Source: an uncultured Acidobacteriota bacterium | GTDB lineage: Bacteria > Acidobacteriota > Vicinamibacteria > Vicinamibacterales > CAVVIG01 | NCBI GenBank assembly: GCA_963745875.1 | Contig: CAVUZL010000008.1 | Location: 20,427 to 84,426 of the forward strand | Length of the DNA: 64,000 nt | Direction: 5' to 3' | In this document: positions 51,501-60,661 of the stretch, piece after piece | How the letters are laid out: the number at the start of each line of letters is the position of its first letter | How positions within the stretch are numbered: the stretch's first letter is position 1 | Notes under the pieces: generated by a model | What the model was told of the DNA's origin: nothing | Seen by the model: the letters and a program-made list of their open reading frames with translations, nothing else | Database searches by the model: none | Program-made: the position numbers and the translations under genes

Positions 51501-53480
51501 CCCGCCGGTATTCACGACCAACGACGTGCTGGACCCGAACGCTGTCGGGCTCGATCCGACCAGCGTGCCGCCGTTGACGATGGTCGCCCCGCTGTAGGTG
51601 TTGTCGCCGGACAGCAACAGTGTCCCGGTGCCCACCTTGGTCAGATTGCCGGCGCCCGAAACCTGACCGCTGACACCGGACACGAATGAGCCGAGCACGT
51701 CGAGCGTGCCGCCAGCCGCGCCGAGCGTGACCCCTCTCGGCGTGATGAAGCTCGAGCCGAAGCCGAGCGTGCCGCTGCTTGTGGTGTCTCCGAGAAATAC
51801 CGGCCCGCCGGTGCCGAAATAGGGATGGCCGAGGGCGCCGTCGTTGGTGGCGATGACCTCGCTGTTGCCGCTGACGAACGTGCCGAGGACGTAGTTGTTG
51901 TTGGTGTTCGTGAGCACGAGAGTGCCGCCACCGCTGACAGCGAGCGCGTTCGGGCCTTCGGGGTCGCCGATGGTCCCTGTCCATGTGGCGACATTACCGG
52001 GCGTCACCGCGATGCGCGCGATCACGGCTGTGGTATCGATCGAGTGGGCAAATGTTCCGGTACCCGTGATCTGGAGTGTGCCGTCGCTGATACTCACCGT
52101 GGAATTCAGCGCGCCGAGATTCTGATCCGCCGACACGCTCAGCGTGCCCGACTGGATGCTGGTGCCGAAGGAATAGTTGTTGATGCCCGTCAACACAACA
52201 GTGCCGGCGCCGTTGACGACTACCTCGCTCTCGCCGCCCGTCCCGGAACTGCCGAACTCGTCGGAAATCGATCCGTTGACCGTCATCGTCTGCCCGGCGC
52301 CTGGCTGGAATGTGACGAAGCCGAAGCCGGTGCTGAAAATCGCGCCGCCAAATGCCGATCCGTTGACCGCGCCGGCCGTGCCGGCGCCACCGAGCACGCT
52401 GGCACCGTTGATGGTGAAGGCGCCGGTGACCGTCAGGTTGCCGGAATTGAAAATGGCGCCGCCGAGCGCGCCGCCACCGCCACCGCCGCCGTTGGCAGCC
52501 GTCGAGCCGCTGCCGCCGAACAATCCAGCGGCGCCACCGGTACCGCCAACCGCGCCACCGCCGCCACCGGCGTAGCCGCCAGCACCGCCGGTCGCGTCGC
52601 CACCACCGCCGCCGCCGCCAAACCCACCGGCACGACCGGTACCACCGGCACCCGTTTGGATGCCGCCACCACCGCCGCCGTAATTTGCCGCGGACGCCGC
52701 GCCGCCGCCGGCTGCCTGCGTGCTCAGCGCGGCTCCGCCGCCGGCGTTCGCGCCGCCGTTCGGCGGTGGGCTTCCGAAATCACCACCAGCAGGCGCACCA
52801 AGCAGAATGCCGGCACCCCCGTTCCCGGGCACGCCGCCGCTGGCACCCGTCGCGCCGTTGCCGAATCCACCGCCGCCTCCCGGACCATTCACCGTGCCGG
52901 CGCCGCCCGCGCCACCGACGCCACCACCGCCACCACCGAATGTCGAAGCACCGCCACCAGCGCCACCCGCACCGCCCGTCGCCGTATTCGACAGCAGGTT
53001 GACGTTGCTGACGTTGACGGTCGCCTGCTGTCCGATGAACAGCGCGCCGCCGAGTCCTGCACCGCCACCGCCGCCGGCGACACCGCTGCCGCCGACACCG
53101 CCGGTCGCCACGGTGTTCTGAATGGTGATGTTCTGGATGTTGACGTTGATCGCGGTCGGCGTCTGCGTCGCGTCGTAACCGGCGACGACGAATCCGCGGA
53201 ACTGGTTGTTGCCGGACAGCGCGAATCCGCCGCCGTCAATCGTGAGCCCGGTCGAGACGCTCGGGAGATCGGCGGTGAGCGTGATGTTGCCGGTGAAGAG
53301 AATCGTCGTGCCGGACGCAGCCGTGGATAACGCGGCGCGCAACGCGGCTTCGTCACTGACGGTCACCGTCTGCGCTGCGGCGACCGCGGGCATGGCAAGC
53401 GCGAACAATGCGCAGGCCAGGCTGAGCCGCAGGGACCGCGGAAACGCAATGACGGCGCGAGATTGATTTGACACACCCAT
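48549..53480 (-). CDS. Autotransporter with a Gly-rich region, at least eight autotransporter-associated beta-strand repeats and a C-terminal beta-barrel
   Basis: 1643 aa with the signal peptide 'LACALFALAMPAVAAAQT'. A GGxGG-rich block spans about residues 130-370. Repeats have the form 'GGGTLxLtGaNTYSGGT'. The C-terminal roughly 280 aa has an alternating beta-strand pattern ending 'NAFHFRVRFR'. Confidence 0.9.
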   Translation of the reverse strand: MGVSNQSRAVIAFPRSLRLSLACALFALAMPAVAAAQTVTVSDEAALRAALSTAASGTTILFTGNITLTADLPSVSTGLTIDGGGFALSGNNQFRGFVVAGYDATQTPTAINVNIQNITIQNTVATGGVGGSGVAGGGGGAGLGGALFIGQQATVNVSNVNLLSNTATGGAGGAGGGASTFGGGGGGVGGAGGAGTVNGPGGGGGFGNGATGASGGVPGNGGAGILLGAPAGGDFGSPPPNGGANAGGGAALSTQAAGGGAASAANYGGGGGGIQTGAGGTGRAGGFGGGGGGGDATGGAGGYAGGGGGAVGGTGGAAGLFGGSGSTAANGGGGGGGALGGAIFNSGNLTVTGAFTINGASVLGGAGTAGAVNGSAFGGAIFSTGFGFVTFQPGAGQTMTVNGSISDEFGSSGTGGESEVVVNGAGTVVLTGINNYSFGTSIQSGTLSVSADQNLGALNSTVSISDGTLQITGTGTFAHSIDTTAVIARIAVTPGNVATWTGTIGDPEGPNALAVSGGGTLVLTNTNNNYVLGTFVSGNSEVIATNDGALGHPYFGTGGPVFLGDTTSSGTLGFGSSFITPRGVTLGAAGGTLDVLGSFVSGVSGQVSGAGNLTKVGTGTLLLSGDNTYSGATIVNGGTLVGSSPTAFGSSTSLVVNTGGTADLGGYDRAFNSLSGGGGVVIGGANLIIGSDGSSSTFAGSISGSGGLTKAGGGTLALTGANTFSGGLALTSGTVLVSADAALGSLGAGLTAGTATTSGTLAIDAASFSSARPIVINGGGLIVDTSGGTNATLSGGISGAGGLTKAGVGVLTLTGSNSFAGITQIQAGRLIAGGNNSLGASGLVSVSPGAELDVVGGNQTINQLAGAGGLALSGGATVVVGGDGSSSAFAGTITGAGSVTKNGGGTLNLSGANTYSGGTTVLGGTLAGDATSLTGTIVNNASVLFTQSADGTYAGTMTGSGALLKNGNGILTLSGNNSYSGGTLIAAGSLSGTTASLQGGIVNNSAMAFRQDNNGTFNGVITGSGTLDKFGAGTVTINGNTPMTGLTTVDEGGLTVNGNMAGSVAVGSGANFILNGIVGGGISVGSKGLFAMNGAVLGDMTLGANGTYNLSGTITGNLNLAGTVNVSAPGSSTSGFNAVRFAAGAGGIVTAATAKTVPTLFINGNLTTVPGSTLAVTVAQGAAAPVQVAGTATLTGTHLLVSIDDPNPSRAATYLALTAQKGVTATQNDVSTPSTSLLPILRTDGNDLMVTILNIATPLSTSVTGRNPGAVGKAVDRTKFGVTGDYAAVVRELTALSGPQLENALEQLSGEIHSSVLRMTQIDSQGTVELVKDSLSDFEHGMDDKAEADKAAGKPFSRAGQPWLQLAASHTSFKGDGASAGGANVGGSGAGYDFKMSPALTLGGGGSLSLGGLSLTEISGSSTMTSPHVFGYSGYGLGFIKIHGGGSLAHIKMSTTRNINFAATVPDVNGNPTPLSNGIDRDATSEQVADVREAWTEVQSTQKSDTWTFDSKVGYRATHLDRQPYSETGADSISLDALATIFQTRDANVDFHAFRRSGNWRPNILVSYHHTYGDITNVADVKFQGVPNSQFDVVGAQVPIDTYNGLFGLTVRTGSGLEYTVEYETRQSKDEATNAFHFRVRFR

Positions 53481-53782
53481 GACGATTTGAACTTTCCCCG
53501 ACGTTGATTTTTGGAGTTCCGATGATAGGGTTTTCCGCGAGCTGAAGAGTAAATAACCTCGTCAGTGCGCGCAAAAACTCAGCAGACAGTGTACCGCGTC
53601 TGTGTCGTCTTGTGGGGCATGAATGCATGAGGAGGCGCACAAAGGCGTCTGGAAATTACATTATTGCCATTCAGATGCGGCGAGCCCAACCGTATCTGGA
53701 CCCGTCGTTGAGCGCTGCACCCACTCTGCCGAGGGTCAGGACCTGGCTTGGTGAAACGTCTCCACCGGTCTAAAGTTCAGCC

Positions 53783-55186
53783 ATGCCTTCGTCCTTCTAT
53801 CGCCGAGTCGTGCTCATCGCGGTCATCTGTGGTTCGCTTCCTGGTCTCGCGGCCGCGCAGGCGCCGGAACGTCCCTTCGGCACGCTGCAAGAGCAGGCGG
53901 TCATGCAGCAGGCGTGGCTCAAAAAGCGCCTCGACACGTTTCTGCCCGCGCTGATGCGGAAGCACGGCATCGACATGTGGGTCGTGCCGATGCGCGAATA
54001 CAACGAAGACCCGGTGTTCCTGTCGATCACCGCGCCCGAAACGTTCTTTGCCCGGCGTCGAACGATTTACGTCTTCTTCGACAAGTGCGCGGCCAGCGGT
54101 GCGGCGATCGGCTCGGCGTGCGTCGAGCGAATCGCGCTCGGTGGAACCAGCCAGGGCGGTGTCTACGAGGCGCGCAGTTCGATGAAAGCGATCCCGTCCG
54201 CAGTCGGTGGCCGCCAGGCCGAGCTCTGGGGCGACGAGCAATGGATGCTGCTGAAACAGGTGATCGAAGAGCGCAAGCCGAAAGTGATCGGCATCGACCG
54301 CTCGACCACCTTTGCGTTCAGCGACGGCCTCTCGAGCGGCGAACTGCAGGGCATGAGCGAAGCGCTCGGCAAGACGTGGACGAGCCGTTTTCGCGACGCC
54401 GAGCGCCTGCCGCTCGAACTGATCGCGTCGCGTCTGCCTGAGGAAGAAGCGTTCTTCGAGAAGATGACGGCGCTCGTCTGGCAGATGACGCAGACGATGT
54501 TCTCGGACAAGGTGATTACGCCGGGCAAGACGCACACCAGCGAGCTGGTCTGGTGGTGGCGCCAGCGGACCAACGATCAGGGTCTCGGCACGTGGTTTCA
54601 ACCAAGCATCGAGGTCCAGCGCAAAGGCGTGAAGGGCGAGCAACTGGGCGAGGATCCAATCATCCTGCCGGGCGATGTCCTGCACTGCGACGTCGGAATC
54701 ACCGTGGCGCGACTCAACACCGACACCCAGCACAACGCGTATGTGCTGCGGCCGGGTGAGACCGATGCACCCGCGGGACTGAAGATGGCGCTGGCAAACG
54801 GCAACGCGATGCAGGACATCGCGATGGAAGAGACGCGGCCTGGTCGCACGGGCAACGAGATCCTCGGCGCCGTGCTCGCGCGGATGAAAGCCAAGGGCAT
54901 CAGTGGCACGATGTACTCGCACCCGATCGGGATGAACGGTCACGGCGCCGGACCGCTCATCGGCCTGTGGGACTACCAGGACGGCGTGCCCGGCCGCGGC
55001 GATGCGAAGGTGGTTCCGTCGATGTGGTTTTCGGTCGAGCTGCAGGCGACGACGCCAGTCCCGGAGTGGGATGGTCAGCCGGTACGCATCGCGCAGGAAG
55101 AGGACATGATGGTGGGCGCCGACGGCAAGCCGCGCTGGGCGCTCAAGCGGCAGGACACGCTATTTCTCGTCAGAGGGGCGAAATAG
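53783..55186 (+). CDS. Secreted M24-family metallopeptidase (Xaa-Pro aminopeptidase-like)
   Basis: 467 aa with the signal peptide 'VVLIAVICGSLPGLAAAQA'. The metal-ligand context is 'GDVLHCDVGI' and 'YSHPIGMNGHGAGP'. Confidence 0.85.
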   Translation: MPSSFYRRVVLIAVICGSLPGLAAAQAPERPFGTLQEQAVMQQAWLKKRLDTFLPALMRKHGIDMWVVPMREYNEDPVFLSITAPETFFARRRTIYVFFDKCAASGAAIGSACVERIALGGTSQGGVYEARSSMKAIPSAVGGRQAELWGDEQWMLLKQVIEERKPKVIGIDRSTTFAFSDGLSSGELQGMSEALGKTWTSRFRDAERLPLELIASRLPEEEAFFEKMTALVWQMTQTMFSDKVITPGKTHTSELVWWWRQRTNDQGLGTWFQPSIEVQRKGVKGEQLGEDPIILPGDVLHCDVGITVARLNTDTQHNAYVLRPGETDAPAGLKMALANGNAMQDIAMEETRPGRTGNEILGAVLARMKAKGISGTMYSHPIGMNGHGAGPLIGLWDYQDGVPGRGDAKVVPSMWFSVELQATTPVPEWDGQPVRIAQEEDMMVGADGKPRWALKRQDTLFLVRGAK

Positions 55187-55294
55187 CTCAGTCGTCAGTC
55201 GTCAGTCAGTCGGCAGTCATCAGTCGGCAGTCACCAGTCCGGTCAGTCGTGACTGACGACTGAAGACTCACGACTGAAGACTGGCGACTGAAGA
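55187..55294. repeat. Heptad-periodic imperfect palindrome (CNNCAGT units facing GACTGNN units) filling a convergent intergenic gap
   Basis: The left arm reads cagtcgt cagtcgt cagtcagt cggcagt catcagt cggcagt caccagt. The centre is gtcagtc-gt-gactgac. The right arm reads gactgaa gactcac gactgaa gactggc gactgaa gactac. The element runs from the M24 peptidase stop to the serS stop. Confidence 0.85.
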
Positions 55295-56578
55295 CTACTT
55301 GGTAATGACTTCCCGTCCGTCCATGTACGGCCGCAATGCGGTGGGAACGACGACCGATCCGTCCTTCTGCTGGCAGTTCTCGAGAATCGCGATCAACGTT
55401 CGGCCGACGGCGAGCCCGGATCCGTTGAGGGTGTGCACGAAATCAGCCTTGCCGGTTCCGGCGGTGCGGAATTTGATGTTCGCGCGTCGCGCCTGGAACG
55501 CTTCGCAGTTGCTGCAGGATGAAATCTCGCGGTAGGCCTTCTGGCTCGGCAGCCAGACCTCGATATCGTAGGTCTTCGCTGCCGCGAATCCCATGTCGCC
55601 CGTGCACAGCAGCATTGTCCGGTACGGCAGTTCGAGGCGCTTGAGGATTTCCTCGGCGTTCAACGTGAGCGCTTCGAGCGCCTCGTAGGACTGCTCGGGC
55701 GTCGTGAACTGCACGAGCTCGACCTTGTCGAACTGATGCTGCCGGATCAGCCCGCGCACGTCCTGCCCGTACGATCCGGCCTCGCTGCGGAAGCACGGCG
55801 TGTACGCGGTATAGCGGATCGGCAGCTCGCGTCCGTCGAGAATCTCGGCGCGGTGCAGGTTCGTGAGCGGCACTTCCGCGGTCGGCACCAGGTACAGATC
55901 CCAGTCGCCGGCGATCTTGAACAGATCCTGCTCGAACTTCGGCAGTTGCCCGGTGCCCTGCAGCGTCGCGCTGTTGGCGAGGAACGGCGGCTCGACTTCG
56001 CGATAGCCGTGCTCGCGCGTGTGCACGTCGAGCATGAAATTGATGAGCGCGCGCGACAATCGCGCGCCGGCACCGCTCAACACGGTGAAACGCGCGCCTG
56101 CGATCTTGGTGCCGCGCTCGAAATCGATGATGCCCAGCGCCGGCCCGAGATCCCAGTGCGGCACCGGATTGAAATCGAACGTCGCCGGCTCGCCAGAGCG
56201 GCGCACCTCGACGTTGTGCTCGGCGCTCTTCCCGACCGGGACGGTCGAGTGCGGCAGATTCGGCAGGTTGAGGACCGCGACCGAGCGCTGATGATCGACT
56301 GAGTCGAGCTGGAATCCGAGCTGCTTGATCTGCTGCGCCCGCAGGCGGCTGGCTTCCTGAATCGGCGCGGTGTCCTGGCCGTGACGTTTCGCGCGCGCGA
56401 TCTCGTCGCCCGAGGTGTTCTGCTGGCGCTTGAGGCCCTCGACTTCCGGGATCAACCGGCGGCGCGCGGTCTCGAGCATGGCAATCTCTTCGAGCGCCTT
56501 GTCGGGATCGAGGCCGCGGTTGCGCAGTCCGGCGCGAACTTCCTCGATGTGATCGCGAATGTATGCGGGGTCGAGCAT
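55295..56578 (-). CDS. serS: Seryl-tRNA synthetase
   Basis: 427 aa with an N-terminal coiled coil. Class II motifs are '[12 protein letters not shown]', '[10 protein letters not shown]' and '[19 protein letters not shown]'. Confidence 0.97.
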   Translation of the reverse strand: MLDPAYIRDHIEEVRAGLRNRGLDPDKALEEIAMLETARRRLIPEVEGLKRQQNTSGDEIARAKRHGQDTAPIQEASRLRAQQIKQLGFQLDSVDHQRSVAVLNLPNLPHSTVPVGKSAEHNVEVRRSGEPATFDFNPVPHWDLGPALGIIDFERGTKIAGARFTVLSGAGARLSRALINFMLDVHTREHGYREVEPPFLANSATLQGTGQLPKFEQDLFKIAGDWDLYLVPTAEVPLTNLHRAEILDGRELPIRYTAYTPCFRSEAGSYGQDVRGLIRQHQFDKVELVQFTTPEQSYEALEALTLNAEEILKRLELPYRTMLLCTGDMGFAAAKTYDIEVWLPSQKAYREISSCSNCEAFQARRANIKFRTAGTGKADFVHTLNGSGLAVGRTLIAILENCQQKDGSVVVPTALRPYMDGREVITK

Positions 56579-56618
56579 GCTACCTCGGACCGGTATTGTA
56601 CGTTACGATTCGGGCACC

Positions 56619-57515
56619 ATGGCTTCCGTGCGAAAGGCCGTCTTCCCCGCAGCGGGTCTGGGCACTCGCTTCCTCCCCGCGACCAAAGCGCAGCCCAAGG
56701 AAATGCTGCCGCTGGTCGACAAACCGATCATCCAGTACGGCGTCGAGGAGGCTGTGGCCTCCGGCATCGACAACATCCTGCTGGTCACCGGTCGCGGCAA
56801 GAACGCGATCGAAGATCACTTCGATGTGTCCGTCGAACTCGAGACGTTTCTCGAGGCGCGCGGCAAGCGCGATCAGCTGGCCGAGATCCGCAAGATTTCA
56901 AACCTGATCAACTTCGCGTACGTCCGTCAGGGCGAGCCGCTGGGGCTCGGACATGCCGTACTGGTCACGCGCGAACTGGTCGGCAACGAGCCGTTCGCCG
57001 TCATTCTTGCCGACGACGTGATCGACGCGGACCCGCCGGCGATCCGTCAGCTGGTCGACGTCTTCGAAAAGCTGGACGGTCCGGTCCTGGCGGTCGAACG
57101 CGTACCGCGCGAGGACATCTCGAGCTACGGGGTCATCGCGATCGAGCCCAACGCCAACCTCGGCGAGGGTATCTATCAGGTCCGCGATCTGGTCGAGAAA
57201 CCGCCGAAGGAAGAAGCGCCGTCCGACCTGGCCATCATCGGACGCTACATCCTGACGCCGGACATCTTTCCCGCGCTGGCCGCCACCAAGAGCGACCGCA
57301 CCGGAGAGATTCAGCTGACGAACGGATTGCGCGAGTTGCTCAAGACACGGCCGATTTACGCATGCGAGGTGAAGGGCGTCCGTCACGACACCGGCCACAA
57401 GCTGGGATTCCTGAAGGCGGTGGTCTATTTCGCGCTGCGGCGGCCCGACCTCGCGGACAAATTTGCGGCTTACCTCGCCTCGCCCGAAATCCAGGCGCCG
57501 CTCACCAAGCGCTGA
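56619..57515 (+). CDS. galU: UTP-glucose-1-phosphate uridylyltransferase
   Basis: ATG at 56619. 'KAVFPAAGLGTRFLPATKAQPKEMLPLVDKP' and 'VEKP' are GalU signatures. Confidence 0.93.
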   Translation: MASVRKAVFPAAGLGTRFLPATKAQPKEMLPLVDKPIIQYGVEEAVASGIDNILLVTGRGKNAIEDHFDVSVELETFLEARGKRDQLAEIRKISNLINFAYVRQGEPLGLGHAVLVTRELVGNEPFAVILADDVIDADPPAIRQLVDVFEKLDGPVLAVERVPREDISSYGVIAIEPNANLGEGIYQVRDLVEKPPKEEAPSDLAIIGRYILTPDIFPALAATKSDRTGEIQLTNGLRELLKTRPIYACEVKGVRHDTGHKLGFLKAVVYFALRRPDLADKFAAYLASPEIQAPLTKR

Positions 57516-57526
57516 CGCGCGTCCGC

Positions 57527-57937
57527 CTATTCCTTGCTCGACGAGCTGCCGGCCGGCGACGCGGCCGGCGCGCTCGGGGCGCTGGCCGCGGGCGTTGACG
57601 CCGCGGTTGGCGAGGACTCGCTCGACGAGGTGCTCTTCTCGCTCTTCGCCGGACTGTCGGCCTTGTCGGATTTCTCCGACTTCGCGGCGTCCGGCTTCTC
57701 CGCTTTCGCCGCCCGATCAGCTTTTCCCCCGTCAGATTTCGGAGCGGTTCCGCTGTCGCCCTTCGGGTAGTCGGTGATGTAGAAACCCGATCCCTTGAAC
57801 TGAATCGCCGGCGACGAGAACAGCTTGTGCACGTGGCTGCCGCAGACCGGGCAGGTGTCGACCAGCGGATCGGAAAACTTCTGTATCTTCTCGAAGCGGT
57901 GACCGCAGGCGTCACATTCGTATTCGTAGAGGGGCAT
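57527..57937 (-). CDS. FmdB-family zinc-ribbon protein with a Ser/Ala/Lys-rich tail
   Basis: 'MPLYEYECDACGHRFEKIQKFSDPLVDTCPVCGS' is the CxxC...CxxC regulatory zinc ribbon. The C-terminal 70 aa is low complexity. Confidence 0.85.
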   Translation of the reverse strand: MPLYEYECDACGHRFEKIQKFSDPLVDTCPVCGSHVHKLFSSPAIQFKGSGFYITDYPKGDSGTAPKSDGGKADRAAKAEKPDAAKSEKSDKADSPAKSEKSTSSSESSPTAASTPAASAPSAPAASPAGSSSSKE

Positions 57938-57946
57938 TTCTCGTCC

Positions 57947-59611
57947 TCAGTCCAGCAAATCGCCGCTGTCGTCGCTTCCGAGCATCAGTTGACGATGGAG
58001 CCAGAACGGCGCGGTGCCCTGGCCGAGCAACGCGTCGTGAAACGACTTGAGCGAAAATGCCTTGCCCTGCTGCTGCCTGCAGTCCTGCCGCAGCTTGAGC
58101 AGCATCAGTTTACCTACCGAGTAGACCAGATAGGTCGGGTCGAACGCGCCCCGCTCGGCCTCGCGCCGGGCGCCGCTCTCCTCGAGATACGCTTCCTCGC
58201 GGAAAAAGCGGACGCCCTGCTCGACCGACATGTCTTCGGCGTGCAGCTTGATGCAGACGATGAATCGCGCGAGGCGAATCAACGACTCGGCGAGCTGTCC
58301 GAGCTGGATGCCGTAGTCCTGGCGGCCGAATCCAGCCTCGATCATCATCTGCTCGCAGTAATGCGCCCAGCCTTCGACGAATGACGCGGGCGAAAACATG
58401 ATCGACTTGCGCGCTTTCGAGACGACCCGGCGCAGGTGCTGATAATGCAGGAAGTGTCCCGGGTAGACCTCGTGGATCGAGATCGACCAGAGCGTCGGGA
58501 AGTTGTAGTCGCGCAGGTGTTCGTCCTTGCGCTCGGCCGGCCACGACGCGTCGGCGTCGGTAAGGTAGTAGTAGGCGCGGGTCGGCTTTGGTTTCGAACG
58601 GACCGGGCGTCCACATGCTCGCGAACGACCACCGGTAAAAGTCCGGCGTTGGCGCGACCGTGATCGATTCGCCGGGCGGCAAGGTGATCAGCTGGTGACG
58701 CTGCAGGAACGTCGCGAGCTCTTCGACCTGCTGACGGCCGACGTTCACCAGCTCGCCGGGCCCTGGATGTTCGCCCTTGGTGCGGACCCACGTCGCCATC
58801 GGATCGCCGCCGTTGATTCGGCCGGCCAGCGAGCGGAACTTCTCCTGCGTCTCGGCCAGCTCGCGCTCGGCGATCGCGAGCAGGCGATCGAGCGGCACCG
58901 TGATGCCCTCGTCGAGTCGAAGCTTCGTTCGAACTTCTCGCGCCCGAGACGGAACGAACCGCGCGCTTTCGGCGAGGCTTCGACCTCGAGATACTGCACG
59001 TAGGACGCCGACCGCCTGCGACGCCTCGGTCTGCGCATCGGCGAGGTCGCCGAGCAGGTGCATGTCGTCGAGATTGGCGAACGCCCGCGGCAGCTCATCG
59101 TCGATGAACTTGAGTGCGCCGCGCATCGTTTCGATGCCGACCTTCACGAAGATGCCGGGCGGCTCCTTGACGTTGTCGCGCGCGGCCTGGACCAGCCGCG
59201 GCGTCTGGCGCAGCTTCGACAGCACGCGGCGGGCGCGTTCGGCCGGCGAGGCGTGGGAGAACAGCGTCTGGCCGGCGAGGCTGGACGCGATCAGATTCGG
59301 AGTAGTGCTGCGGATTGCGCTCCCAGGTGCGCACTTCCTCGAGCTCGAACATGCGCCCTTCGAGATTGGCGGAGAGCATCCGGTGCTCGAGCCGTTCGAC
59401 TGGCGTCAACGCGTCCTGATGGATCTCGGCGAGGCGGCGGCAGGTAGCCCGCGAGCGCGTGCGTCTCGTTGTCGACGGCGTCGCGGCTCACGTCCTCCAG
59501 CAGATCGTCATGCGTGTGCACGCCGTCCAGGGTCGCGTGTGTCGGATGCGTCTCGTGCAGGTAGCCGAGGAGATCGTCGACGAAGTGGGGAAAGGGCTCG
59601 GAAGCAATCAT
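57947..59611 (-). pseudogene. DUF885-family (metallopeptidase-like) protein interrupted by about five frame shifts between 58590 and 59445 (pseudogene or local sequence errors)
   Basis: The protein can be followed through ORFs 59291..59680 ('MIASEPFPHFVDDLLGYLHETHPTHATLDG'), 59095..59409 ('TPVERLEHRMLSANLEGRMFELEEVRTWERNPQHYS'), 58110..59225 ('LSKLRQTPRLVQAARDNVKEPPGIF'), 58745..59098 ('YVQYLEVEASPKARGSFRLGREKFER'), back to 58110..59225, and then 57947..58399 and its upstream extension ('PTRAYYYLTDADASWP...HEVYPGHFLHYQ...EGWAHYCEQMM'). Confidence 0.8.
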
Positions 59612-59696
59612 CGTTTCTAACGAAGGTCCGGTACCTCCGGACGAGTTGGGTCGGTCAATATCGATCCGCCAATGGTACAATAAATGTGCGCGTTAC

Positions 59697-60545
59697 ATGC
59701 CCGGCACGCTGTTCGTGGTCGCCACGCCGATCGGCAACCTCGAGGACATCACGGTGCGCGCACTTCGGGTGCTGCGCGAGGTCGCCCTGATTGCCGCCGA
59801 GGACACTCGACGGACGGCCAATCTCCTGGCACGCCACGCCATCGCCACGCCGACCACCAGCCTGCACGAGCACAACGAGGGGACTAAATCCGCCGCCATG
59901 ATTGCGCGGCTGCTGCGCGGGGACGATATCGCCCTGGTTTCGGATGCGGGGACTCCCACCGTGTCGGATCCCGGCGGGCAGTTGATTCGAGCGGCGATCG
60001 ACGCTGGCGTCCGGGTCGAGCCGATTCCGGGTCCGAGCGCCGTTCTGGCGGCATTGGCCGCATCGGGACTGCCAACCGATTCGTTTCTATTCATGGGGTT
60101 TCCGCCAACTAGGTCAAAAACCAGAAACGATTGGTTTGAGAGGGTTAGGGCGGTTGCTGGAACAATCGTGTTCTTTGAGGCTCCCCATCGCATCCGCATG
60201 ACGCTCGAAGAGCTGCGACGAACCGTTGGCGACCGGCCGATCCTCCTGGGCCGGGAGCTGACAAAGACTCACGAGGAATTGGTCAGAGGACCTATATCGC
60301 TTGTACTTGAAGCTTTATCAGAGCCCCGCGGCGAGTTCACGGTTGTTGTGGATGTTGGCCATTCGACCAATTATATGCCAGCGGAGCCGCCTGCCGACTC
60401 ACTATTGTTGGCAGATTTCGGTGAAATGACAGAATCAAGAACCTTCACAAGAAGGCAGGCGCTAACCGCCGTTGGCAGAAAACATGGGCTTTCTCCCAAC
60501 AAAGTCTATGAGGCTTTGGAGCGTGCCAAGAAATCTGTTGAATGA
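59697..60545 (+). CDS. rsmI: 16S rRNA (cytidine1402-2'-O)-methyltransferase
   Basis: ATG at 59697. 'GTLFVVATPIGNLEDITVRALRVLREVALIAAEDTR' and 'FEAPHRI...GRELTKTHEE' are RsmI signatures. The frame is intact despite a drop in G+C in the 3' part. Confidence 0.92.
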   Translation: MPGTLFVVATPIGNLEDITVRALRVLREVALIAAEDTRRTANLLARHAIATPTTSLHEHNEGTKSAAMIARLLRGDDIALVSDAGTPTVSDPGGQLIRAAIDAGVRVEPIPGPSAVLAALAASGLPTDSFLFMGFPPTRSKTRNDWFERVRAVAGTIVFFEAPHRIRMTLEELRRTVGDRPILLGRELTKTHEELVRGPISLVLEALSEPRGEFTVVVDVGHSTNYMPAEPPADSLLLADFGEMTESRTFTRRQALTAVGRKHGLSPNKVYEALERAKKSVE

Positions 60546-60661
60546 CATAATTGTCGTGATTCGACGACCGTCTGCAAGCTCCGCAGCTTGACCGGTCCGA
60601 GACGTTCTGTTACTTTACCCGCCGCTTCACACGCGGCGTTCTTTCACTCCGCGCGGCGCTT

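Noticed and set aside
52400-53100. Highly repetitive G/C-rich DNA that might be mistaken for a repeat array or CRISPR
   Set aside because: It is in frame within the autotransporter ORF and encodes Gly-rich protein. It has no repeat/spacer organisation.
51825-53330. 501-aa and several Pro-rich plus-strand ORFs
   Set aside because: These are mirror images of the GGN-rich autotransporter coding strand (CCN codons), not genes.
53625-53762. 45-codon ORF (MHEEAHKGVWKLHYCH...) in the autotransporter/M24 peptidase intergenic region
   Set aside because: It has no SD sequence and no recognisable motif, and it lies in an AT-shifted promoter region. The evidence is insufficient.
55187-55294. Possible CRISPR array or tRNA in the repeat-filled intergenic gaps (also 30018-30172 and 62710-62767)
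   Set aside because: The repeat period is only 7-8 nt with no unique spacers. No cloverleaf can be drawn and no cas genes are present.
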